A DNA stretch of 64,000 nt, from contig CAIIXF020000001.1 of assembly GCA_903813345.2 (NCBI GenBank), forward strand, positions 30,194,001 to 30,258,000. Direction: 5' to 3'. The position numbers and the translations under genes were made by a program. A model generated the notes under the pieces. The model saw only the letters and a program-made list of their open reading frames with translations, was not told the origin of the DNA and searched no databases. Positions within the stretch are counted from its first letter, which is position 1. Each line of letters opens with the position of its first letter. Source of the DNA: Owenia fusiformis (Eukaryota). Below are positions 27,501 to 38,219 of this stretch, in pieces.

Positions 27501-30500
27501 CAATGAGAATAAATGGATCATGAGTACTTAAATAGATATATTACCTTTAAATTGAAAAGTATTGTTACACACGACATTGCTTGTAACACAAGTGATGGTG
27601 GGCTGGAGAAGGATTTGAGCTCTGTGATATCAGATTTTGATAATCCTTGAATTCCATCAATAGCTGGTGCCTTGAACACAAACAACGAGAATAATTGAAT
27701 CATGAATAATTTAAAAAAAAGTTTTCACTCGGGATCTAGATGGGGTGTGGGAGGTGACTCCCCCCTAAAAAGTCACAATTTTAACTTGAAATCAAAATAG
27801 ATGGTTATGGTTTATCAATAACGCATTGGATCAGACCCTAGAATTGGACTTATCCTCTGAAATTGGTCGGTATGAACCAAATGATGTTTGATTTTTGAAT
27901 TTTTCTGGGGGGAGAGAACCCCCTATTCTGGCACTTGTTTGCTGGGCTCACTTAAATGCAAAATATAAAAAACATAAAAGAGTGTATAGTACAGTTCAAT
28001 CATTTTTATATTGCTTTATTCATTCGGAGATATTATACAGTAATGTAATAATATATGCTTTGACTGAATGGAACAAAGCATAAACATAGTGTATGGTTAA
28101 AAAATTTAAGAAATATTAAATAGAACAACCCATACAAGTAGAACTATTTGTGCTACTATATCGTAACATAAAATGAGATCATATATCAAATATGGGAAAG
28201 CATTATATAATACATATGTTTTTAAGATGTTCTCCATTAAGAGTTTAGTTCTAGAGTTTAATTCTACAAAACATTACGAATGTTTTATTCAAACATGACC
28301 GTGCTCTATTCGAATTTCTCAACCAATCAGAATGCAGCATAGCCAATATAGAACGTTCTCTAATTCTCCATAGATGCACGACCATGCTCTATTCAATCTG
28401 CAATTTGCATTGTTTTGAGTGACGTCACATCTCAGCTGCACATCTGGGGCTCTGTCCGGGGATAGCTTGACAGCATGCGTATTCTTCCTTCATGCCCGTT
28501 TCACAGACACGGCTTTTACTAATTTTTATGTTTGAATCGGAATAAATAATGATAGGCCATTCAATATGGTGAAATTCAGCACGAGTTGGACAGAATGTTA
28601 GTACAAATGCACTCACCTTCGGTTCGTGCTTTGTACAACATTCTGTCCAACTCGTGCTGAATTTCACCATATTGAATGGCCTATCATTATTTATTCCTTA
28701 AATTGATTCCGCACCACACATCTTTTACTTACAGAGGGTATACAAATAATATTCAGGTATTTTCTACATATTCACATAAATCACATAAAGTTTGTTATTG
28801 TCTTTGATATGAGGTTTTAAAACATCTGAATATAATAGTCACTTACCCAATAGTTTGCATTCCAATCTTCCATTAGTTTTGCAATGTCCTCCTTTGTAAT
28901 CTGTGATGTTGGATTTTCAGAAAGATGGTGCTCCTGAACCTTTAGAGAATAAAAGACAGATATATTTTATTTAAAAAGGCCATATATGGAAAGTTTGTAA
29001 GGGTATTATGGTAATGGGGTGATAGTAACATTATAAACCAATAGCTCGCCCATGTGAGCTTATTATAGAAATAAGGGCTCCCCAAGAGGGGGTAGTGGGG
29101 TCGCTTTTGTCACTTTTAAGATTTCAAAATTCTCACTTCATCACATTTAAAATTTACTTGTCACATTTTGTCAGATTCGTTCCTTTTTAGTCAGTCAAAG
29201 TATTTAATGCACTAAAAAGTCTGTTATGTTCCATTGTTTGATTGCTGGTTAGAATAAGTCATCTTAACGAGCATCAATTTACATTCAGAACGAATTATCT
29301 ATTTTTGTCACTCTCAAAACACTTGTCAGTCCGATAAATGTGCAAAATTGTCACTTGCAAGGATTGATTTGTCACATTTGTTCATTTTTAAGTACCCCAA
29401 AGTCCCATTTAGTCCCATTTTTAGAGGCCAGGTCGCCTTATCACTTACCCCTTGGAGAGCCCCGAAATACAGGAGCACAGAGTGATAGATATCGCAATAT
29501 AGGAATCAAACAGAAAACATAACAATGATAAACAAATAAAGGAATTAATATGTCATCACAATTACAAGGCATTAACACGCAAAATGTTACAGGCACCGAA
29601 TGCTGAACACTAATCGAACACCATACACAAAAAATTTGCAATCTATAACAATATGTCACCATTTCTGGTGATGACATCATAAACTTGTAAGACTCAGTTA
29701 ATATTACAGAAAATTGTAAACTTACTTGCTTGTTCATTTCATCACCCTTAGCCCACATAATACCCAATCTGGTAGCACAATCTATACATACCTCTAGAGT
29801 GTCTATATTGACATTTGCCACAATGTATTTATTGTCAGCTTCCATTGTTTGTAACAACCTCCCAAACTGAATCTGCTCAGCAAAATTCATGTCAGCAGAT
29901 CTATAATGAAAGTGATATTGTTAACATTTGATATGTACATTTATATCAATTTGCACAATAAAGGAAGAGTTCACTGGTGATTTAGACAATAGAATATGGT
30001 TCAGATGAATAGGATTGCATTCATGGCATTTGTCTGAAAATTGTTGCCAGAAGGTAGGACACATGTTAGAAGGATGGACATATGAAAGGACAGATGGTCG
30101 GAGCATTTTCATAAGCTCAACATTTGACCCAAAAAGATGGATCAAGTTCAGAAAAACATGTTCCTTTGACATTTCCTGTTCATATGATTATCACGGGTTA
30201 TCTGATCATTTTGATTTACACTTTCACTTCAGGGGGTTCCAACAAACCAACTCCCTATGGCCAAAAATTCTTTTAAAAATCATGCGGTTTTTCACCATTC
30301 TCAGTACATTTCAAGTGATTTGGGTCATTTTGGGTCAAAGATGTCAAAAGTGAACCCCGCTAGAATTTTTTAAGAAGAGAAGCCTCTTGGCAAATCCTGG
30401 CTATGGGTCTGCTCTGAATTACACATACCCTTCTTCATATTTTTCCTTTATCCTATTATTTTCCTTCTGCTGTTCTTTGAAGAGGTCCAGTAGTTCTGTC

Positions 30501-33147
30501 ATCACTTTTCTTGTGATCTCCTCATGCTCTTTGGCATTGTCGTTAGAGTACAGAAGTAGCAATATGAAAGGGGCACCAGGGTCCTTAAATGAAAATGTGT
30601 AATTTTGATATTTGTCTAATTTGGAATTTATGTAAGTATATATTCCTATCAATTAGTCAGATTTGCTTGCAGAATCTTCAAATCAAAATATTATATTGCC
30701 ACAAACCTGATGATGGGAGGCAGTTTCAATATTCTGCATGATCCTATATGCATGCTAACTTATATTTTTAATCAATGAATATACTTACTATTGCCCAGAC
30801 ACTTTCCAGCTTAGAGAGAATATGGAGTTGATAGTTTAAAGCATTGCTCATCATGTCTTGTACTATTACATACACTGCATTTTCACTGATCACGGAAGGG
30901 TAGAATGACTGCAAACAGATTGAATATATGACATCATCTTATATATTATATTGAGATAAAATGATTCCATATTTGTGAGTTGTTTGATATACATGACTTT
31001 ATGGACTTATAACATGTTATATAAAAGTAACATGTTATAATCATGAAAACTATTCCTAAATGGATTATTGAATTATACATGTAACTTATATTTTGATAGA
31101 TAAAAATTCAGACATTACCTTGATCATCTGGCATTCAAAGATATTCAGTGCCAGTTCTTCTCCTTCTTCAGTAGCCGCCACCTTGAAGTTCTTTGTGTGC
31201 AAAAGTATATTTGATTCTTCGATCTTGGTGAATTTTTGGGATTCCAAGAAATGTGTAATGTTGAAATGCGCTCTTTCTTCCCCAAGTATAACTAATTTCC
31301 ATGTATTTCTACAGTACTTTAAAATAGCTTCTTTTTCTGGAAATATAAATATAAAAATCAGAGGATGAAAACTATGCAAAAATACCAATACCATGCATAA
31401 TGATATTATTGCCCATGTAGCTATAATTGAAATTGTACAATAACCTATGGATCAAATTAATTTAATACAAGAGATTTAGATTCAGCCTGAGTAAAACCAT
31501 GGACACATTGTAAAACATTAACAGAGTTTACCTGATTTTCTTGTCTCCTTTTCATTGTCATTGTTGACCTTGGACAATAGAGTAGTGTCTAAATGTTGAT
31601 CTCTAGTACATGATACTCTGACCAGGTCAGGACAGTTCTTCTGCAGGTGGCAAATAGAGAGTGTCGTCAATTTCACACATCCCTCCAAATTGATCTGAAA
31701 AAAATCATATGGATTTCTAGAATATGTGTTAGCATATTTAGATTATATTATGTATCTATTCTCGAATACAAGAAACTCATAAAAATATGAGTATGATTAA
31801 GTAAGTAATAGTCTATTATAGCTATAACTTTCCTTTAATTTTAGGTTCACAATTTTAAACCAAAGACTGCATGTAAAGCTTGTAAAATACAAAACAAAAA
31901 CAGCAAACACCATGTACATGAACATACCTCTTTCAATTTAGTGAATTTTTCTGATAGTTTCTGGATTCCATAGTTGGTGATATGAGCACAGCCCATTAAG
32001 GAAATGTTGTGAACTGTTTCATGCAATCTCCCCTTGGCAGATGCAAGGACACATAAGGCATAGTCAGTTAGCTGCTCTATCCCTGAGAAGTCCAGGGTAG
32101 CAATGTGCCTGTCTGTGTCATCTTCAATCTCAGAAATAAACTTCTGTAAAAATGTTAGTACATTATATTAATCTATAAGTAATGTATTTACAATATAAAA
32201 TATTAGGAATATGACAATATATAGCCAAGTAGTCCTCCATAAAATCATTTCTATTTTCCTGATTTGTTGTTGAAAAAATGAAATGGGGTATGTGAGTGTA
32301 ATCATAAAGGTACATATACATTATAACTATGCAAGACTACAATTGAGTTATAAGGTGACAATTTTATGCACATTCTGTCACTCTACTATACCTTGCATTT
32401 GGTGTTCATAAGCAACCCATTTGGCTTATTAGTAATGATTATGTTATTTGTTTTTATTTGTCTGTTCCTTATGCTTAGTTTATCTGATGACGTTAGATGT
32501 TAATAAGGTACTTTCAAAAATATACTAAACAATACAATTGGACAAACAGAGTATCTTATGCATTTCTAGGAGTTTGGTATACATGTAGTAGAGTGACTGT
32601 GCTCCCAGTTAATTTCGCGGCTATTAAATTTCACGAGTTTCACTAATATAAGTACACCTACTACTATGTTTATATTGGTCAACAACACGCTACACCTTAA
32701 CCTCTATTGCATTATCATTTTTTGGTTTATTTGATCTACTAAGCCACTGTAACAGACATATTGGTTACAAACATTTTGCAAAACATGAAATGCAATGGAG
32801 TCCTAGGTAAGAAAAATTTTTCACAAATCCTTGGGGATTTGATTGAAAATTTCACAAAGATTAATTTTCGCGATTTTACCACAATCGCAAAAAGCGTGGA
32901 ACTAAATAATGTTGTACGTGAAAAATACCAGGAATACAGTATATGAATAGAAGGTGGTTAAAAGATGAACATTGAACCTGGTATATAAATGAAATTGAAT
33001 GTTATTATAATCCCTATTCTAAATAGTTTAACTTACAGAGAATGTATGAACGGGATATACATTTTGTACATCAAGGCCCTCAAAGAGACTGCCCCAATCA
33101 AGAGTCTCTCCTTGTGGATCATTTGTGTCTGCAACGCCCTCCATCAT
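6375..33147 (-). CDS. Giant multi-exon Roco-family (LRR-ROC-COR) gene with tandem ROC modules and an inserted dynein MTBD; 3' end not in the window or not found
   Basis: Phase-consistent GT-AG exons, listed as plus-strand coordinates in transcription order. 33037-33147 (MMEGV…). LRR-CC: 31928-32143, 31532-31694 (ISLMGCAHITNYGI, INLEGCVKLT). Degenerate ROC: 31119-31336, 30789-30908, 30429-30583. Linker: 29792 (or 29726)-29900, 28847-28939. MTBD: 27545-27670 or 27363-27488, 26204-26278, 25876-25947, 25478-25636. COR: 24912-25148, 24244-24423, 23844-23903, 22837-22954, ~22531-22602, ~22213/22244-22334, ~22053-22131, 21401-21491, 20697-20815, 18659-18826, 17620-17827, 16720-16901, 16366-16516. 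Cys-rich: 15787-15986. Middle region: 15369-15484, 14979-15083, 13426-13615, 12965-13111, 12367-12481, 11615-11728, 11204-11356, 10789-11016, 10230-10423, 9234-9470, 8865-8996. LRR: 7456-7704, 6801-7188. Second ROC: 6375-6540 (KTPPLEIV…RTKLMLVGLGGAGKT). Junctions around 22.1-22.6 kb are uncertain. Confidence 0.85.
7811..8260. mobile_element. Hairpin-ended non-autonomous element inserted in a 26-bp intronic tandem repeat
   Basis: IR TATACCACTCTAAGTCCAATTACAGTTG / CAACTGTAATTGAACTTAGAGTGGCATA, followed by an imperfect ~150-bp palindrome (8105-8255). The AGTTAATATACATGAATATACTAAAA units flank both sides (7714-7810, ~8260-8295). Confidence 0.6.
11809..12200. mobile_element. MITE with CACTC termini and 2-bp TSD (CACTA/EnSpm-like)
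   Basis: CACTCTTAAAAA…TTTTTAAGAGTG, flanked by TG on both sides. Many internal AAGTAATT/TTACTT repeats. Confidence 0.65.
12481..12623 (-). repeat. 29-bp minisatellite (~5 copies) containing a 3' splice acceptor of the Roco gene
   Basis: Plus-strand unit CCTACA[A/G]AATAATAATGCAAGTAAATGCA, which reads …TTATT[T/C]TGTAG|GT on the minus strand. Confidence 0.85.
13648..14712 (+). mobile_element. Internally deleted, decayed mariner transposon with ~210-bp TIRs
   Basis: TIR CCAGGTCGTTCAATAAGTTC / GAACTTATTGAACGACCTGG with TA TSDs. Transposase remnants: KLMFIVF…ILLVNAVPVGQKIN, IFHQDN, and DFAVFTRMKDQLRG…CIKHEGEYF (ORF 14120-14386), matching the mariner C-terminus. Confidence 0.9.
17248..17650 (-). 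repeat. ~39-bp minisatellite (~10 copies) spanning an exon end and 5' splice donor of the Roco gene
   Basis: Unit CAAGCATGAATGTGATATGTCAATATGACCTCAAATACTTA. On the minus strand this gives …CACATTCATGCTT|GTAAGTATTT. The exon copy ends at 17620. Confidence 0.85.
18171..18400. mobile_element. PIF/Harbinger-type MITE
   Basis: TIR TGCCTAGGTCACATTTGCTCCGATTCA / TGAATCGGAGCAAATGTGACCAAGGCA with TTA TSD. Same family as 47484-48384. Confidence 0.8.
18919..20139 (-). mobile_element. 5'-truncated L1/Tx1-clade non-LTR retrotransposon (3' part of ORF2, still open)
   Basis: ORF 19004-20158 has FFKFIW…KDGGLKMIDM…KWIK and a C-terminal CENC…VKHNFYEC knuckle. Poly(A) at 18919-18934. 13-bp TSD AGTGACTGGAGAT at 18906-18918 and 20140-20152. 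Confidence 0.9.
25478..27670 (-). CDS. Exons encoding a dynein-heavy-chain stalk-tip microtubule-binding domain (MTBD)-like module within the Roco gene
   Basis: Spliced peptide: APAIDGIQGLSKSDITELKSFS[S/N]PP[SL/RP]VLQ[A/S]MSCVTILFNLK|PEWREIKKMLSNYLFINSMVNYEYM|ESLTEKIVRKLKPYMNDEQLTVKN|LRMKSQVASVCFQWASAIYQWGIDVMP. It matches the dynein pattern L-x-K-x-D-I-x-E-L-K-S…PP…V…M…V-x-I-L…P-x-W…KKML…F…L…I…K-L-K-x-Y…S…W…A…V-x-P. Confidence 0.8.
26435..27218 (+). mobile_element. Helentron/DINE-1/pearl-like non-autonomous element
   Basis: AACTAG start, subterminal IR ATCCCAACGAAC / GTTCGTTGGGAT, and (GACG/GACT)n microsatellite. A near-identical family copy lies inverted at 57809-58468. Confidence 0.75.
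28539..28697. repeat. Long palindrome terminating a non-autonomous element
   Basis: Perfect 61-bp arms at 28539-28599 and 28637-28697, with CCTTCGG at the centre. Confidence 0.9.
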
Positions 33148-34344
33148 TCATGTGTCATCATGGAAGGTAACTTGTCATGGAACCTTCTTCATGTCAGAGA
33201 AGATATTGCATCCCTAGGAGAAGTGAAAGTATAATTATGATACATGTACTATATACTGTTTATCCCATATAATCATGTCATGGGCGTACTCCAGTAAAAT
33301 CTGTATATTCGTACACCTGACTAATCCTACATCTTCCAATCTGAACACTTTTTTCAGTCCCATTTTTTCATCCCTACTGACTCCCATGTTAAAAAAACTT
33401 GAAATGTTTACACCTCCTAATTCGAACAGTGAACACTCATATTCGGAAATGAATTCTTGCGATATCAAAACTTTTGAAACTAACTAACTTCTGAGACTAA
33501 CATAAATTATATGTTAGTCTCAGGTTTTATGAATCCCTTGGTTTGGTTTTCTGTTTGATTATTATTATCATGGGCTCTAGTTGAAAGCCCATGTTATTAT
33601 ATTCTGCCATGATCATAAGTCAAGATAAAACAAAACTGAGACTAGCCAGGTATGCTGGTATGTATTTATTCTCATGATATTTCACAAATGTAATTACTAA
33701 ACACTAAGCTGTTAAAATAATATACATCATGATATATCATCAGCTGAATCTTGTTCTTGGACGCTAATATCTTTCTCATCCATCCATGTTTTCTCAACAT
33801 TTGCAGCAAACATTTTCTTGAGCCCATGTGCAAATGTGCATTTACGAATCATTATTCTCCTTAAAACATTCCAAACTGGACCGAACAATTTTTCTGAACT
33901 GAACAAACCATCAACCATGCAATGACAGTATTCTCTTGATATTCTAACTTAGGAATGGCCTATATCTTGACACTGTGCCTCCAGATCTAAGTACTAAGTC
34001 AGATTCTGATCTATGAACTACTGATCTGACTCACACAGAACTAAGTTACATCCTTCATAGAGTATTTTAGTTACAGATTTACGCTAAAAGTTCTCTATGA
34101 TCTTACTCGGTCCAGGGTCACAGGACTGAAAACTCAAAATTTTCTTCAAAAAAAATCAGAAAAAGACATTGAAATCAAGACAAAATGCATGTCAATATGT
34201 TAAATAATTCATGAAAGTATCCAATAATACGTCGAAAACTAACCTGAATGGGTAAGCATGGATCTAATGAGTAGAATCGTGTTATCGTTGTAGAATAATG
34301 TTGAAACACGAGCACCTGCACCAGACGTTGTCAATAAAAACACA

Positions 34345-34357
34345 CCACTAGATGGCG
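34345..34357. promoter_or_regulatory. CTCF-like motif just upstream of the presumed Roco 5' end
   Basis: CCACTAGATGGCG matches the bilaterian CTCF core. A candidate first-exon donor (CAG|GTTAGT, minus strand) lies at 34244. Confidence 0.35.
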
Positions 34358-34381
34358 ATGTATTCATATATATTATTGGGG

Positions 34382-36243
34382 ATTGTATACTAAGTCGATC
34401 GACCCCATGTGGGTATGAGTCTTAAAGACCTAATTCATTCCATCATGTCGACTTACCTAATACCACGAGGGGAAAGAGTACCCGTGTATATACAACCTAC
34501 CGCCGAGCAAGACACGCACATACCGCCGAGCAAATGTTTGATAATGTCATCTCGTAGGAAAATGGACAATAAAGGTAATATAATGTCACTAACAATTCCT
34601 TTGGATGGTTAGAGTTGTTACTAAGATGTTCTAGCAGGCGCAATTGGCCTAGAATTATAGTTGAAATATATTTTTATGTCCAAATTAAGAGATAAGGTAA
34701 ACGTATAATGGTTTTCGATTTGTTTTTCTCATTCATACTCGCTTTAATTGATAATGAGCCATACATAAGACATACTTGGGTCGGTAAATGGATGTGCATA
34801 TGCATAATATATTAAGTGTCAAAATATTAGGTCAAAATAGCACTTTTGAACAGCAAAATCTTCACTTAAACTTTGTCCTAAAAGATCCGAGGTTATCGGA
34901 CATCGGACCCGATGTGATCGACGAGTAATATTATAAAGATCCGAAAATATCTTGAGTAAAGGATCTCAGAATCCAAACATTACTTGAGTAAAATCTGTTG
35001 AGATCCGATTATATCGTCGAGTTTATGACGTGCTGAAGAAAAAATAATAAACATACAATCTGCATCATTCATGTGAATCATTTTGTTGTGAACAATAAAT
35101 GAAACTGAAAAAATATGGCTATCACCAGTTACCACTGCACATCGAAACATTGTATTTCAGGTCCTCGGTACAAATACTTCCACTGTAGTTATAAATCACA
35201 CAAGATGGATGACTTTGTGGTCCACTTCAGTCAGCACCATCCATTACTGAGTATTAAAGTTAATGTGCCTGAGTTAAATGGCAAAAAATGGATTTACAAT
35301 GTTTTTGACTATGGTATTGTATTATCAAAGAAAGATCACGGTAATTTTCGTTTCGAAGATATGAAGCTTGTGAAGCTTGGGATTCTTCAAGTTGTGTTCT
35401 TTGAGTAGAATGGCGCTTGCAATGCAGAATTAAATGTTTTTGGGTTGCACTCTTACCATAGACATATAGGAAATTATGGTGATTCAAGTGTAAGCATGAA
35501 TTCAATGTTTTAAGAACTTTGCCTGAAACAGACGTTGACGTATAGTGCTGCGGGAATTATATCCCGGTGCCAGGAGTATATGATAAATAAAAAGGAATAT
35601 TTGTGATATCGTCATGATATTATATGCTCATTCGAAAGCTTACTCACTACCTCATCGGGTTCTACTCACGGTATAGTCGGAATAGCTCGGTGGTAGCTTC
35701 GGGTCCTATATAATCGTACTCGTGACATAATCGGGTCTTTCATTTTCAACTTTCACCGGTGATTTCAATGATATGCAACGTATGGCAGTGAAATAAATAT
35801 GATACATTTACACCTATTGTATCTTTGAATCGAATGAAGTAAAGACAGCCATGGTTGTTACTTATTCAAGATGTAAATCATCATTCAAATATTTAAAAGT
35901 TGAATTTAGCGATTGGATAGTAAACATTGCGGTAAGTACTCATTATTTTGCAAACATGAGTGCCTGGAACAATAACTCTATCAGTTACACACAATTCTGT
36001 GTTTTATCTGTTTCTCATATTGAGAAATTCAAGATATAAACAAAAGTTTATAACTCACCCCCTACATTTTCAGACATCTTCGGGTCTTTGCTCGGCGGTA
36101 GGTTGTATATACACGGGTACTCTTTCCCCTCGTGTAATACTAGGCCTAATACCTCTCTTCTTCTTCGTCTATTAGAGTACAGAATCCTCTTTAGGATATT
36201 TCGTAGTACTATGTGTGCTTGCGTGCGGTGTATATACAATTGT
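34382..36243. mobile_element. Probable non-autonomous DNA transposon with subterminal inverted repeats and a short degenerate Zn-finger-like ORF
   Basis: ~45-bp IR CACGAGGGGAAAGAGTACCCGTGTATATACAACCTACCGCCGAGCAA at ~34464-34510 and, inverted, ~36088-36134. ATTGTATA termini. ORF 35115-35408 contains FHCSYKS…FVVHFSQHHP. Confidence 0.55.
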
Positions 36244-37154
36244 AGTGTGAGTGTGCATTAAAATGTCTAAAATCGTTTTGAAATCGTCATCACTTTGTAC
36301 GAAAGCAAACCCAACCAAACACATTTTGACTAGCTGGCTCAATATGATACAGACAAGTAACAGTTATCCATTTAGATGTGCTGTCATTTGAACAATTGTT
36401 ATTATTCGGACCGCCAATCGTTTCCAAGTTTAAATATAGTTGCAAATTGCCATTGCTCAAAATTATCTTGGAGTCAGCAGCTAACTTGCACTTCTCGTGT
36501 AATGTCAATGTGGTAGCCTGACTGTTGCTTTCAGATTATAATATTAAATTTTCACCAATCTTGGACTAAGGTGGCTCTCGAAGTGAGTAAGGGTATGTGT
36601 ATTTTATGTGTATCCTAGGATGAAGAAATGAATACTTTACATTTGTTTTTTCTAATCAGTCAGTGATGCATGGTGACATTCAAGGGGAGGATACAAGGGA
36701 AAAAGATGAGTGGATCAATTGTCCACTGATCACTGACTGGGAAATTCTTAAAAATTATAGTTGTAATCATAAACATATTTCTAAAATAATCTGACGCCAT
36801 TGTAAAACCATCTAGGTCTAGGTGCGTTAATGCATAAGACATTCTAGTATATATCTTTTATGACTTTATGACTTATTTAAGCGAATGCATGTTGCCTGTT
36901 GCCATTCAAAATCTGAGGTAGTGTACCTTGGGGGGGGGTTGTTTGATTTCAAGGGGTAGGGGTTACCTAACTGGCCTTTCGTGGATATTGGTGTTGTGTA
37001 TACTAGTATCACTAGAGGGCATCCTGGTTCTTATAATTGTATCTGATTGGGTGATCTTTTTAGATGAAACAAGGGAAAGATCAATACCCGGTGATTTCAG
37101 CGGGAAGTGGCGTTTCGTTCATTGGATGAGCTGCGCGCGCACGCATAAATGTGA

Positions 37155-37470
37155 TTATCCCAAGGAGGATTGGCTCCCAGGATCGAAACTCGATATTTTC
37201 CAACAATGAAAACGTCGAAATGTCGTTATTTTCTGAAATTAAAACCGACTATAAATTCAAAATAAACAGTTCAAAAGATTCGAACCAATATCTCGATCAT
37301 TTCTTGTGAGTTTTGGAATTTTTCGTTTGGAAATAAGACCAAAATTCACGATTTAAATGTTGAAGTGAACAAAATGGCGGCTGTTTGAATTCGAATTTTG
37401 TATTACGACATACCCATATATGGGACAGAATATCGGTGGTGCACTCTGGGAGCCAATCCTCCTTGGATTA
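37155..37470. mobile_element. MITE
   Basis: IR CCAAGGAGGATTGGCTCCCAG / CTGGGAGCCAATCCTCCTTGG. Confidence 0.7.
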
Positions 37471-38219
37471 TCCAATATAATTAGGGGAGGGCTATTTGAA
37501 GTAGTTTTTGGTCTCAGGCGCGACCCAGGGCTGTTGTCTTAAGGACATTTCGTTGAAAATGAGCCATTCGGCTGATAATTGGTAAGAGTTTGCGATCTTA
37601 TAATGTATAACTGTTACTCAGACACATATTTTGACACGATTCTGTTGGAAATAAGCTTTGAACCGAGAGATATTCACGATTGATATGCACATTTTTGATT
37701 GTGCCATTGCTTTTCTATTGCACAACCCATGTATTGATAGAAGAAACATTAATAATACAGATTGGTTTACCTTCAATACATGGCAGACACTACATATCGG
37801 TCTATTAATACCAGTTTGTGCCTTAAATAGTTTTATATTTCCATCCACGGCCTGGAGCCTGGGTGTGTTTGTCTCTTATGTGTATGCTTGTGCATGGACT
37901 TCAAATCACTAGCAGAATTTAACATGATGCAAACTCGACATTATAACTCATGCTGTAACATTTTGACTTCGCTGGAAAACAATAGGAATTATTTTTCTTG
38001 CCAATCAATCATGAATCACAATCAAAGTTTCAGAATGATCAATCAGGCAATGATCCAAATCAAGTTATAACATTATATAATATTCAGCAAGAAGTCCGGT
38101 AGAAATACAGAATATTTAAACATCAAAGCTGAAAGTTAAAAGCGAATCTGTCAATTTTCTGTCTGCAAAAGAGCGTCCCAAGAGCGTTTACATTTGACAC
38201 AATAACAGACTGAGGCTTT

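Noticed and set aside
25478..27670. A dynein heavy chain gene
   Set aside because: Only the stalk-tip region is present. The flanking in-frame exons are ROC/COR-like, and no AAA Walker motifs or long stalk coiled coils were seen.
33235..33990. Extra N-terminal coding exons of the Roco gene (ORFs 33235-33468 and 33727-33918)
   Set aside because: In-frame stops and no phase-consistent join to the 33037-33147 exon. Probably 5' UTR or intron.
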